A DNA stretch of 64,000 bases. Origin: Oculina patagonica (taxonomy: Eukaryota). The translations under genes were made by a program, and so were the position numbers. The DNA is taken from NCBI RefSeq assembly GCF_052425735.1, contig NC_135763.1, positions 9,424,001 to 9,488,000 on the forward strand. The letters are read 5' to 3'. This document shows positions 33,807-45,361 of this stretch, one piece after another. Positions within the stretch are counted from its first letter, which is position 1, and each line of letters starts with the position of its first letter. Under the pieces are notes generated by a model. It made no database searches. It worked only from the letters and a program-made list of their open reading frames with translations, and was not told the DNA's origin.

Positions 33807-34215
33807 CAGTAAAAACCCGCGTGTAAGAACCCACTTTTTCAGAGTTTGGCAAAACAGGTTCTTGTATTATGGGGTACTTATTGACAGTTTAGGCTAAGTA
33901 GGTTCTTAATCAGGTTCTTAATTTCTACAGATTAGACATTGTTGTTGATTATCAGAAAATAGTATAAAATCTGATCTGTTCTTCATTATAAATATTTATT
34001 AATGCACCATGTTGCCAAAAGTCCAACAACATACTGTATATACCCAAGTAACATCACCTTTATGGTTTTTGGTAAAAAAATATACAAATTAAATAGTTAA
34101 ACCCTACATATAAGAACCTGTAGGAATTTGTTTGGCTAAACAGGTTCTTATATTTTGGGGTAAAGCAAATTCGCCAGAAGGTCTTAAATTCCTAGGTCTA
34201 CACGGGGTTTTACTG
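33807..34215. mobile_element. MITE (CAGTAAAA...TTTTACTG)
   Basis: Terminal inverted repeats with internal AAGAACC/GGTTCTT motifs; tat on both sides. Confidence 0.55.
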
Positions 34216-34292
34216 TATCAGGCCATAAACACAGTAATGTATGAATGGTTATCTTTTAGAACTTCCTGTCGAATAAATCTTAAGGGCCTTAT

Positions 34293-34661
34293 GGGGACAC
34301 TGTCACGGGGATTTTAATGCTTTTCGGTAAAAAGAACTACAATTGGCGAATAGGTCTTCTCGTCCATGAAATGCACCAAGTACATCAAGATGGAGATATA
34401 AAGTAAATTGTTGTTGAAGGAAGAAGGGAGTTAGAATAGGTTTTAGGCGTTTTGTCAGTCCACAAGGACAAAACTTAAAAAAACAAGCCTGAGTTTTTTA
34501 AGTTGAGATCTAAAGTTCCTGATAGCATCACAAAAATATCACCTGTTCATCGCTTCAGTAAACTTGCATGGTGATTTTTAACAAAATTGGAGCACTATAC
34601 GTAGTTTCCATTTGTCTTTAGGCTCCTAAGTTTTTTTAAAGGAAATTGGTGACAGTGTCCC
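34293..34661. mobile_element. Kolobok-like MITE, same family as 14438-14816, inverted
   Basis: ttat|GGGGACACTGTCAC ... GTGACAGTGTCCC|ttat. Confidence 0.65.
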
Positions 34662-35179
34662 TTATAAAGGCAGTCTGTCAATACTGTGCGCATTAATTTT
34701 ACCGTCAGATGCGCCTGTCGTTGTAAAAAGAGCCGTAACAAGGAAAGATCACAAAGTAGCAAACGCCTGTTGGAAAGTGTCCATCTTCGGGTTGTGCTAT
34801 GTGAAATCAAAGCATAAATAAAACATTTTGAGAAATTGAGAATAATAACTGACAGAACTCTGCCCCTAGTCGGCATGAGAAAAAGAACAATTGAAGTATA
34901 ATGGTAGTGTAGTCAACTGAAGCCGTCATACAAAACTCCTATCATGACAGCACAGATCACAGGAATTAAATTAAAGAAGTCAAAGAATGCATCCATGAGT
35001 ACAGGTTACGTTTTTGACGTAGAAAAGAAAGATAGATGTTTTTGCACATCGACGCCAATGCATCTCCACAGCCAGCCGTCAGCGAAGTATAGGCCAGCGG
35101 GATCTCGCCGGCTCAATTCACTCTCCAGCTCGTAACTCGCGGCGTTGCCATACGGAGACAGACCCAAAAGTAATTTATG

Positions 35180-35875
35180 CAGATTTGAACTAAAAATTGA
35201 AATCAATCAATGTATTTGTAATTCACTGACGAAATTTTATTAAACAATTGCTGGGTCATCTTTTGCCATTCTACGGTGGTTCGACGCGAGTTAGGTTATT
35301 AACCCTGCAGCGTTATAACAAGAGACAAGGAAGGAAGACAACAGACAAGGAAGGACTTTCTTAACGCTGCAAGGTTAACAAATAATTTTAATTCAGTGAA
35401 TTACACATGCACTGATTGTTTTCAATTTTCAGTTCAAATCTCCATACATTTAGTTTGGATTTTCTATGCCCAAACTCAAGAGAGCCTGCGCGCTCGCCTG
35501 CTCGTTGTCTATCATTTGCGGATGACGCGCTAACTCCGAAAAAAGTTGTCAGAACAGAAAGAACTGAAAATTTAAATCAATCAATTTATGTGTAATTCAC
35601 TAAATAATTTTTATTAAATATTGCTTTGTGTCATCTGTTGTCATTCTACAGTGCTTCAACGAGATTTACCCTAATTTAGGTTATTATCCTGCAGCGTTAT
35701 AATAACAGACAAGGAAGGACTGTCATATTATATAACGCTGCGGGTTATAATTTAACAAATAAACTTAATTTAGTGAATTACATATACACTGATTGATAAA
35801 TGTTAATGTTTTCAGTTCAAATCTCCATAAATTAAGTTTGCTGCCTATCTTTTGCGGATGACGCGCTAACTCCGT
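35180..35875. repeat. Two tandem copies of a nested foldback unit
   Basis: Each unit has outer arms (aactgaaaat..aatcaatc..tgtaattcact / agtgaattaca..gattg..ttcagttc) and an inner hairpin (cctgcagcgtta / taacgctgc.gg). Confidence 0.6.
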
Positions 35876-35995
35876 CAGAGCAGTGAGGACAATTGTTGTC
35901 ATGTCTTTTAAAGGCCCACCGTCAACCGGTACCCCCAGGGCGCCTTTGTTGTTGTTACAACACGAAAATATCACTCAAATGAGGATAATAGAATC

Positions 35996-36282
35996 TAGTC
36001 CAGTCCCTGAACTCTTTCTTCCACGCGCCCTTTATAGGGGTTGAACCCAGGCGCGCGAAGAGAGAGTGCAGGATAACTTGCATGCGCATGCTTAGAACGA
36101 ACCAATCAGAAGCGTCATCTGTGCGCGCGCGTTTTCAAAAGGGCTGCCAAATATGGTTTTTCCCCCAATTTTGGGGGAAAACTGGCGCCTGCGCATGGAA
36201 GTTATCCTGGACTCTCTCTTCGCGCGCCTGGGTTAAGCCCCAATAAAACGCGCGCGGAAGAGAAAGTTCAGGGACTGGACTA
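35996..36282. mobile_element. Foldback MITE with a probable 9-bp TSD (Mutator-like)
   Basis: TAGTCCAGTCCCTGAACT ... AGTTCAGGGACTGGACTA; flanks aatagaatc / attagaatc. Confidence 0.65.
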
Positions 36283-36841
36283 ATTAGAATCCAATTCTGG
36301 AGCTACTGGCCGTTCAAAAAACACTACGATGCAATCCGATGAAATTTGTTTTCCAAAAAGTTAATTCCGCATTCTATAAGAAAAATTATACAGAAAAATT
36401 TCAAGGCATTGTCGTTGCTGGTGGCCCTTTATTGTCAAGTATGGAATCGGGAAATCTGTCCATCAAGTTGCAAATCGAGACGGCAGCCTGAGGCTACCCG
36501 TCCATACCCGGGAAAGAGGAAAGGAGACTCATTTGCTATTTTGCTCTTTCTGAAAATTTTTATTGATAAAAATCCATCGTTTAAATATATCTACAATAAA
36601 ACCCTGCATGTATGTATTAGAACCTTGTGATTAAAAACCTGTTAGGATAAGATTTTCCAGTTAGATCTTCCTTTACTTAAGAACCTGTTTTAGCCTAAAA
36701 TTTGAAACAGGCTCTTTTTTAATAAAATTCAGATAACACTTAGGTTATAGAGGTATGAAAGGACAGAAAAAGAGATAAGATAACCTGGTATTTGTTTAGA
36801 CTGCAGTCGTTTCGACATAGGTATGTGCATACATATCTATA

Positions 36842-37260
36842 CAGCCAATTCGAGAAAGGTTGTCGGAAAAAAGCACAAAAGTGCACGCGACAAGACCCAA
36901 AGTTAGTATGGGTAGAAGTAGAGAGCTACTGCACGTTCTGAATACTTATAAGATGGCGACATGACAAACGCAAACTTGCACGTTTTCTTTCTCTTTAGAC
37001 ATGTGGAAACAAGGTACTTTTAGCCTCGCTGAAGTAAAGAAGAGTATTTTCAAAACTCTAAGACATGCGACCCAAAAAATAAAGCTAGAGAAAAGGCCTC
37101 CTGAGAAAAAAAACAAAATCTTCACGTGCAAAAATACAAACTTAAAATGTACATTTCCTATAGGCCAATTTGCAAAATTCAAGTGAATACCCAGACCACA
37201 TTTCGGTCTTGTCGCGTGCACTTTTGTCCATTTTTCCGACAATTTTTCTCGAATTAGCTG
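36842..37260. mobile_element. Tc1/mariner-like MITE
   Basis: ta|CAGCCAATTCGAGAAA ... TTTCTCGAATTAGCTG|ta; TIR of about 55 bp. Confidence 0.7.
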
Positions 37261-37381
37261 TAAACCTTCGTTTAGAAGGAAGATGAAAGTTTTAAAAATA
37301 TTTCTTTTATATGATGTACAGCCGTTCCTGCCATCAAGAACGATACAAGTCTAATTATATAGTGTAGTAATTAATAATAGC

Positions 37382-37617
37382 CATAATACTCTGCACTGGT
37401 ATCAAGGAGTCTTGATACAGGTTGCGGCTAAGGAACCGTGCAGGATGAAACTGTATTCACTATGGAGTCGTGTGAGTCGTAAAACGTGACGTGTTAAGGA
37501 ATAATTTGAGAACATGGACGAGCTAGAGGGAGGCGTTTCTTTTAAAATTACAAACTGCCCTACACCCAGGACAGAAATGGAGAAGAAGTACATAACACCA
37601 TGCCTCTACTACAGCAG
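37382..37617 (+). pseudogene. Decayed olfactomedin-domain exon, paralog of exon 44406-44673
   Basis: With frameshifts it reads HNT..YQG...DETVFTMES...VKE*FENMDELEGGVSFK.YKLPYT.D.NG..V...LYYSR|gt. The intact exon reads HDTREYAQG...DTIFVMDS...VKEYENLEKFKAGVIRKTYTLPHQWDGTGGVVYGSYVYYNR|gt. Both end at the same splice phase. Confidence 0.6.
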
Positions 37618-40203
37618 GTTACATGATCCTGGCGTCCAGCTCGGGGAAGCAGCTGGAGTTTTTGGCAAATCCTTGTTGAAACACACTCGTAAAATTTTTA
37701 TTATCCAATCAATGAATAGAACACTGCAAGCACTCTTAGGTGTCGGAGAGACGTTTGGGTTCATTCAGACCAGGAATTTGCCATTAACTACAGCAGTTTC
37801 GAATTTGCCAAAACTTTGTGACTTTAATGACAACAATTCAATATTTACGGTTCACGCTATTTCGAACAAACGGTTCCAAAACATATAATTGTTTGGTCAG
37901 ATAATTACATGTAGCAGAGTCACTGCTCTAATTATAAGTTTCTCTTACATCTATTTAGCCTGGGTTTTTCCTGTTGTTATTAATTTTTAAACTCTGCTTA
38001 CGTATTCAAACACGTTAAGAGCAAGCTTCTTATAACGAACATTCATTTCACTCTGATGAAGGTGGACAGATTAATCCGTGTACAAAACAAACGGTTAAAA
38101 TACCTGATATAATTGTTTGGTCAAATAATTACAGTCATGTACCAGAGTCGCTGCTCTAAGTTACTCTTACATCTATATATTTAGCCTGAGTTTTTTCCGT
38201 TGATATTGTGAATCTTTGCTTACGTATTCAAACACATTAAACGCGAGCTTCGTTATATAGAAAAACCATTTCACTTTTTTTTGGTGGACAGAAGCCACCG
38301 AAAATTTAGTGGACATTAAATCCACAGCATGTCGAATGAATTTGAACTAAAATGATCGATGTTTACCGATTGCCACGGGCAAAGTACATTTAGTTAAATA
38401 CAAAGTTTCATTTTAACACACCAAGAAACACCAAATAATTAACACAAAAAGAAGCTAAAGCTACAAATGATGCATACTTCCGTCATAAAGCATGACCAGC
38501 AGACGAATATCTTCACTACAAGTGTCCTGAAATAAATGGACTTTTATATGTCCGGAGAGGGTATCAAATGAAAGGAACGGGTATGCTCGTCGCCAAGTTT
38601 AGGGTTGTAAAATACTGATTTTTGTCTCACTTAAGGTGGATTTCCACTGACGCGTAATTTTTTACGTGCGTTTACGTGAGTGATAAAAAATTTAGAGACA
38701 ATGTATGAACGGCTTGCGTACACGTTTACGCGAGTCGTTCATACATTGTCCCTGAAGTTTTCCACGCACGTAAACGCACGTAAAAATTTACGCAATCCAT
38801 TCCATTCGAGCCATCCTCAGCCAAAAACACTCGTTAATAGTTTCAGTGCTCTGATATAGCAATTTATAATAACTATAAGGAGGTTTCCAGCAAAATTTAT
38901 AAGCATTATAAATTAAAGTTAATGTGACAACCAAGACCCTTTACATTGTGTGACATACTATCCAGACAAATTTTGCTGTCACGCTCAAAGGTCATCTTTT
39001 GTTCACGTGCAAACAACATCTGATTTCACGCTTGGCCAATCATATGCCAGCTTTCACGCAAACAGTTCGTCATAGTGATTTTCCTCAGTTCATCCTTGCC
39101 ATGTGCTTCAAAGCAGAGCTTCTCACTTAGCCTGCTACAAAATTTTTGTGTCTTTTTCTTGGTCGTGGGTTGGGAACATTAATGCGAAACTAATATATAT
39201 TGTGGCTGTTCAAAAATCAGGTAAAATCCGTGACAAAGCCCATTTAAGTGAGTGCAATCAAAAAACCCCTGGTTGCCTATGCTACATTTTTGATAAGACT
39301 AAATCTGCATCTTGTGCAGAAAGCAATGTAATCACCTGGGCAGTAGGGGTACTTGTTTTTTATACAGAGAGGCACCGTCCCTTGGTCCGAAACCTTCACC
39401 CTTTCATATACCAATTTTGACACAAGAGGTGATCCATTCGTATACCTTGGATAGAATGTGGTACCCTATATTGCAGTATCTCTTCTGTGGTACACCCACA
39501 GAAGGGATATTGCAACTCTTTGCATGATTTTTCCCTTGAATTACCCTTTAAATACGGTGGGTTTGGATCTGTTCAAGATACTTTGTAACGCCCTCCCCGT
39601 CAACTAAAGAGAGTTCCCCCCTCCCCCTGGATCAATTAGCAACTGTAGTATCAATCAATTTCTCCTAGCTTTTAGTCCGAATCAATTCATGATGAGGGGG
39701 TAAGTGACTGGATGCCAGTTATCCCAAGCATACAGCACTCTTTCTCTGGGGTTGTAGTCCAGCATGTAGTTGTAATTGTACTGGCTTGTGAACTGTATGT
39801 TGGGGTTCCACTGTGTTCCTGTCTTGGTGTCGTAAGCATAGTTGATGGTAGTAGGATTGGCGATATAGCTGTCGGTACAGTAGATCACTCCACAGGCCAC
39901 AAAGGCATTGCCCATAGCACTCATTGGTTCTGTATGAAACAAACAAACAAATAAGAAATGAAAAAACAAACGGTAACAAAACACGCGAAGCTCGAATCCG
40001 TGTTATAAAAACTTCCAATTTCCTTCATTTTTACTCAACGCACTCAATACATACCGAGGAGGAAATTTTATTTTTCATGTGATTTTACCATGTCTCGCAA
40101 GTTCATTCTTGGGTCTTCAGTACCCTTAAACAGAATTTTATTTTATGGTTTGCTATGCTGTGCAAAACGTCACATTATTCGACGAAGGAGAACGCATACT
40201 AAT

Positions 40204-40384
40204 AGGCTATTTCCGAGTTACCTTTGCCTCTGTTTTAAAACGAGTTTACGAGCGAAACCATTCAAATGAAAATGAGTTTGATTTGCATGAAAATGGACCG
40301 GTAGGTGAAACTCATTTTCATATGAATGGTTTCGCACGTAGACTCGTTTTAAAACAGAGGCAAAGGGTAACTCGGAAATGGCCT
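40204..40384. mobile_element. AT-flanked palindromic MITE with AG...CT ends (ISL2EU-type)
   Basis: at|AGGCTATTTCCGAGTTACC ... GGTAACTCGGAAATGGCCT|at. Confidence 0.7.
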
Positions 40385-41016
40385 ATCGCGTCGTTTTTTT
40401 CGAACTCAGTCACGCGGGTATCGGTCACTAGGCTCGGCGATTTCAGACTTTGGACGCCATCATGGTTTGGCTGGCCGCCTGGCCGATGGAAGCCTCGATC
40501 TCATGCAGAACAATATGGCGGCGATTTTGGAATCGCACAAATGTGTTTTGATTGAAGAAATGGCCGAAATGTGTACCTAACGTTAAAATAATACCGAAAA
40601 TGACATGTAAATCAGAAGGTTTTATCCAGGGACGTAGAGTTTTATTCCGCCATCGAACGTCTTTAAAATAGTGGCCGTTCGTGGAAAGTTGTATGATGAG
40701 CTTCTTAGCGGCCAAGCGACGGGAACAGGAATTTTTGTTTCTCGCTAACACAACAACAGCGGTGAAAAGATAACAGGCTCAGAGCTGGGAAACCATGTAC
40801 TTTCGATGAAAAGAGATGAGCTGAGTGAAAAGGCGTCTATCATACTGCTCTGAAATTTCATAAACATTATACCGAGATGGAAGTATAGTAGCCTGAGACG
40901 GGTAAGACTAGCGTCTCCATTAGTTGCCAGTTGCGCGGCAGCTTGAAGTCAGAGACGTTGTAATGGCATTCAAATGTTTGCACGGACTAGCCCCAGCATA
41001 TCTGCGCAGCAAATTT

Positions 41017-41775
41017 AACAATTTGACACCAGTTTTTATGCGTCTGTCCTGTTATTGATGATAAATTGCGTCATAACATTGTTAAAGTGTTGTAGATCCA
41101 CGAGCCGCTAGGCGAGTGGATCTACAACAAACTTTGGCAATGTTATGACGAAATTTATCATCAATAACAGAGCAGACGCATAAAAAACTGATGTCGATTT
41201 GTTTTTTATAATAAAAAAAGACAAAACTGATTTTGAAACGAAGGAAAGAAATGCACGAGGAAGATGCGCCGTGCCGTACGGCCGCAGAATCTAAATTTCG
41301 TCGCTTTAATTCGGAGAATCATAGGCTCATAAATTGAAAGTTTGGTAAGAATGCGGCCAGAAATACAAGAGAAAATTCGAATTGTTCAACTAACCTTTAA
41401 TTCAGTGAAAAGTGTTTACAAAATAATCCGCTAAAACACGGTTCATCTTCTTAATTTCATTGACAGCACACATTCCCGCTCAACGCTGATTTTCAGGTCT
41501 GAATCCTAAATAAACATCCTCATCATCTTTTCGCTCTCAGGTTGCAATGGTTTCTTAAGTTTTTACCGGTAAATTTTAGATGATTTTCTAATCGATGACT
41601 TCTAGTCTCGTGGAATAATTTTTGTTTCATCAAGAATACAGCGCTTAATTAGTGCTGAAAAGTTTGACAAAACCTTCGCTGATTGCGTCAGCAACGAGTT
41701 TCATGCGTCTGTACTCGTATTGACAATAAAAATTAGGCAATCGGCGCGCGAGAATTTGCTCAGTTATTGTAAAAT
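41017..41775. mobile_element. Non-autonomous element with a subterminal long hairpin (Crypton-like)
   Basis: Hairpin 41030-41190 (cagtttttatgcgtctg...cagacgcataaaaaactg); it interrupts the LINE reading frame. Confidence 0.45.
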
Positions 41776-41889
41776 CATTGTTTGAGCTGATGTCCATTCT
41801 CTCAGTACTAGACAGACACAGAAACAAGTTGGATGTACCGCTTTTCAGAACAGCTACCGGCCAGCAGTCATTTGTATACAGAGCGGTAA

Positions 41890-42276
41890 GTACGTTATGT
41901 ATGGGGAACTATTATGTCCCCAATATAATAATTAGCACTATACTGTACTTGCTTAGTATATTAATTAGCACTATACTGTACTTGCTTAGTATATTTGATG
42001 TCCTCTATTTGCTTAATGTACTCTAGTGTCTTGATGTACTCTAGTTCCTTGCTGTACTCTACTCGCTTGGTGTACTCTAGTTGCTTGATGTACTTTAGGT
42101 GCTTTATGTACTCTAGTTGCTTGATGTCCTCTACTCGTTGGATATACTATATATACTCTACTTGCTTGATGTCAACTGGAGTACATCAAGCGCGTAGAGT
42201 ACATAGAGTACATCAAGACACTAGAGTTAGTGCTAATTACTATATTGGGGACATAATAGTTCCTCATACATAACGT
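41890..42276. mobile_element. TIR element with an internal 18-bp minisatellite
   Basis: GTACGTTATGTATGGGGAACTATTATGTCCCCAATAT and its inverse at 42241-42278; internal (TACTCTAGTTGCTTGATG)n. Confidence 0.65.
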
Positions 42277-42284
42277 ACCTCAGA

Positions 42285-42813
42285 TAGGCTTTTATAGATT
42301 GTGCTCCTAAAAGTGGCATATTATGCTACTAGCAGTGCTCAAAATTTTGCCAAATTATGCAAAAATTATGCCAGAATTCCCAAATTATGCTTCTGATTTC
42401 CGAAATTATGCTCACAAAATGACGTAGATTTTATACATAGAGGTGCGCAATAACGACACCAAATTATGATGTTTTTTAAATAAACTGTTGTTGTAAATTT
42501 ATTTGTGTTTATGGCAGTTTATCACGGCCGTCAGCTGTCCAAATTAGCTGCTCGCATCTCTAAACCGTTTGTAAAATGCCTCCAACGACTTAACAATCAC
42601 AATTGTATAGCTAAAACACGCATTGCAAGAACAAACTACCTAAATTTCATTTATTTCTGTAGAAAGTACACCATATTTACTACATTTTATGAATTTATGC
42701 TCCAAAAAGTGCTAAAAATTGCTAATTATGCCGTGGCAGTGCTCGTTTCACAAATTATGCTTTTTAGCTCCAATTATGCCAAAAATTATGCTAGCACAAT
42801 CTATAAAAGCCTA
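42285..42813. mobile_element. hAT-like MITE
   Basis: TAGGCTTTTATAGATTGTGCT ... AGCACAATCTATAAAAGCCTA; perfect 8-bp TSD ACCTCAGA (42277-84, 42814-21). Confidence 0.85.
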
Positions 42814-44105
42814 ACCTCAGAGCTACTCGGCTTTGGAATGAACTACCTCGGACTCCAACAGATGTGAATAGTTTGACTAATTTTAAGGCTGCTATTAAGA
42901 TGTCGCGCTTGGAAGAATTTTATAGTTTCTAGACCCTTTACTTTTTTACAAGCCATGATAGTTTTTTTTTTAAATTATAGCTTTTGTACTGTAATTGTTA
43001 CTGAAAACCGTTTTATTGGAGTGACAAAGAAAGTTTATATATTTATCTCTTAAAACATCATACATTTTAGCGCGTAACATCGCGGTCTGTTTAAAAAGCG
43101 CGCTAAATTGTTGCCTTTTTAAATCGCGTGTAACAGCTTTGACTATTTAAATGATGAAGGCTTAAGCAATAGCCGGAACGTCTTTAAAAAAGTAACGTCA
43201 AAAACGGTCAGCGACAAACCTTGAACAAACTAATGAAGATGAGTTTTTCAACAATGACACGAGCATGGGAAAACTCATCTTCATTATTTCTCACCGAGCT
43301 TAAAATTTACCATCTTTATTATTTACAACACACTTGAACAAACTACATCGCTGTCTATTGTTACGAATCTTGCAGTATTTTAGTGAACCCGTGAAAAGGA
43401 AAAAAACGAGTAAAATTCAAATGTTCGGCGATACTACCAATTAAAATGTCTTATAAGAGAATTATTATCCGACATTTCTCTTTTTTGAAATCCTGACTTT
43501 GAACTATGTTTGTCGCTCTCGCTAGGTCATAGCGAGTAAAGCCTTTGTTACTTGTTTAACTGGTCTTTTAGATATTTGTACTCGTTTGTCGCGTTGTTTG
43601 TACTCTAGCCCTTAGTTTCCAGAATGAGTTCTTACCCGTAACCAAACTGTAAGTGTGGGTTATGACGTCATTATCGATTTTCGATGCATACAGTCGTCCG
43701 TTATCCGCAGTGTTACCCCATAATACCCACAACCCCTGCTCGTCAACTGCCAGGTCCACTCCACTGTATCCACCCCACTGGTAGCCGATTTGCCTTGGTG
43801 CGTATCCGTCGAGAGTGATCTGGGTCTCGAGGCTTTCTGTGAGCAAATTGTACTTGTCGATATATTGCGTATCGGCCCTGTTATGAAGGGACGGAAAACC
43901 GACAAGTCATCAGTATGTTTTCCTGAATTTAACTGGTTCAAAAACATCTGCTTAAAATTTAATTTCGCCTGCTAAATCGTGCTTCCTAAGATGTTATTAA
44001 CTTTACGTAATCTTTACATAATATTTAATTTATCCACTTCCAATTGTAATATTAATCTGTTAGTCTAAAAGATGTGAGCTGAACTTTTTACAGGCCTGAG
44101 ATAAA

Positions 44106-44108
<3 letters not shown>

Positions 44109-44140
<32 letters not shown>

Positions 44141-44360
44141 GCAAAACACAGAAAAAAAACAACTTACAGTTCAACTACTTACATTGCTTACGGGACAATT
44201 ACCTACATCACTTACTGGATAATTACTTACAATACAATTACTTACATTACTTACACTACAATTAAGTTACATTGTACTAATTAATTAATTAATTAATTAA
44301 TTAAAGAGACTACTTACTACTACTTACATACAATACACGTTACTTACAATACTAACAAAG
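44109..44360 (-). repeat. Poly(T) plus TTAC/TTAA low-complexity tract, probable retroelement 3' tail
   Basis: T run 44109-44136, (TTAA)n at about 44277-44304, acttac repeats. Confidence 0.45.
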
Positions 44361-45361
44361 TGCAACACTTCGGAGCTAAAAGCTAGCGCAGGTTACATCA
44401 GTTACCTGTTGTAGTACACGTATGATCCATACACCACTCCGCCAGTTCCGTCCCACTGATGAGGCAGTGTGTATGTTTTACGGATCACTCCAGCTTTGAA
44501 TTTTTCCAAGTTTTCATACTCTTTGACGACATTGTTTGAGATGTGACTGTCCATGACAAAAATGGTGTCAAAACCCATAACTCCTAGCGGGTCTTTCATC
44601 CAGGCTCCTTGTGCGTACTCCCGAGTGTCATGAGTGACTGTACTGCCCACAGCCGTGATAGTAGAACAGTTTACTGCGGAGGAATCAGCAATCGTTTAAA
44701 TCACCCAATTATAAATAACGTGTGAATCTAGTACAAATATCCCGTCCCTGATCATTGCTTCTTTATAAAGGTTTTATAATCAGTTACTTCGTAACCATGG
44801 AAACAACATGACGACAGCACGCGCAACACTTATTTTCCTTCTCATTCTCCGCACCTTCGAGCTCTTTCTCGTCCTCCTCTTTCGACCCTCTTCCTTCTCC
44901 TACTTTCCCATCTCCTCCTCGTGTCTATAACCTCAACCCCCCCCCCCCCCCCAATTCTCGCGCCAGCACATCTAATATCATCACGTCAGCTATCGGTATA
45001 AGTAAACGTCGTGTTATTTGGCAACTTGAGCTTGGGTTCAAACGTCTCCCTCGTTTTCTCACGGAACACCCACAGCTTTATTAACGCCACTGCCCACGGC
45101 AGAGTCCTATTTAATCTCAGCTGAAAGCGCTTAGGGAAGAGACTTTCTTTCCGTAGTAGGAGTGCGCAAGAGTCCACTGGCTCACAATCTCGAGTCCAGA
45201 GTCCGCCGGATCCTCGGTCATGGGTAAATGAAATTGATCAGGTCGTTGCCTGGCAAGATATTCTAGTATTCCGGTTTAAATGCACATGCTTAAAGGACAA
45301 TTGAACCGAAATTTCAACATTCTTTGCTTTGCAACAAAACACTAAAAAAATACATTATTAA

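Larger units (their letters stand above)
40950..43030 (+). mobile_element. CR1/L2-type LINE 3' fragment split by three nested insertions
   Basis: RDVVMAFKCLHGLAPAYLRSKF (about 40950-41016), HRNKLDVPLFRTATGQQSFVYRAV (about 41817-41888) and LWNELP (about 42831) are collinear. Confidence 0.65.

Noticed and set aside
38048-38075. CTGATGAAGG as a third hammerhead
   Set aside because: No stem II followed by GAAA. It lies in a local tandem duplication of about 220 bp (37886-38290).
41990-42230. Regularly spaced repeats suggesting a CRISPR-like array; also 56810-56995
   Set aside because: Contiguous degenerate minisatellites with no unique spacers, in a eukaryotic transposon context, and no cas genes.
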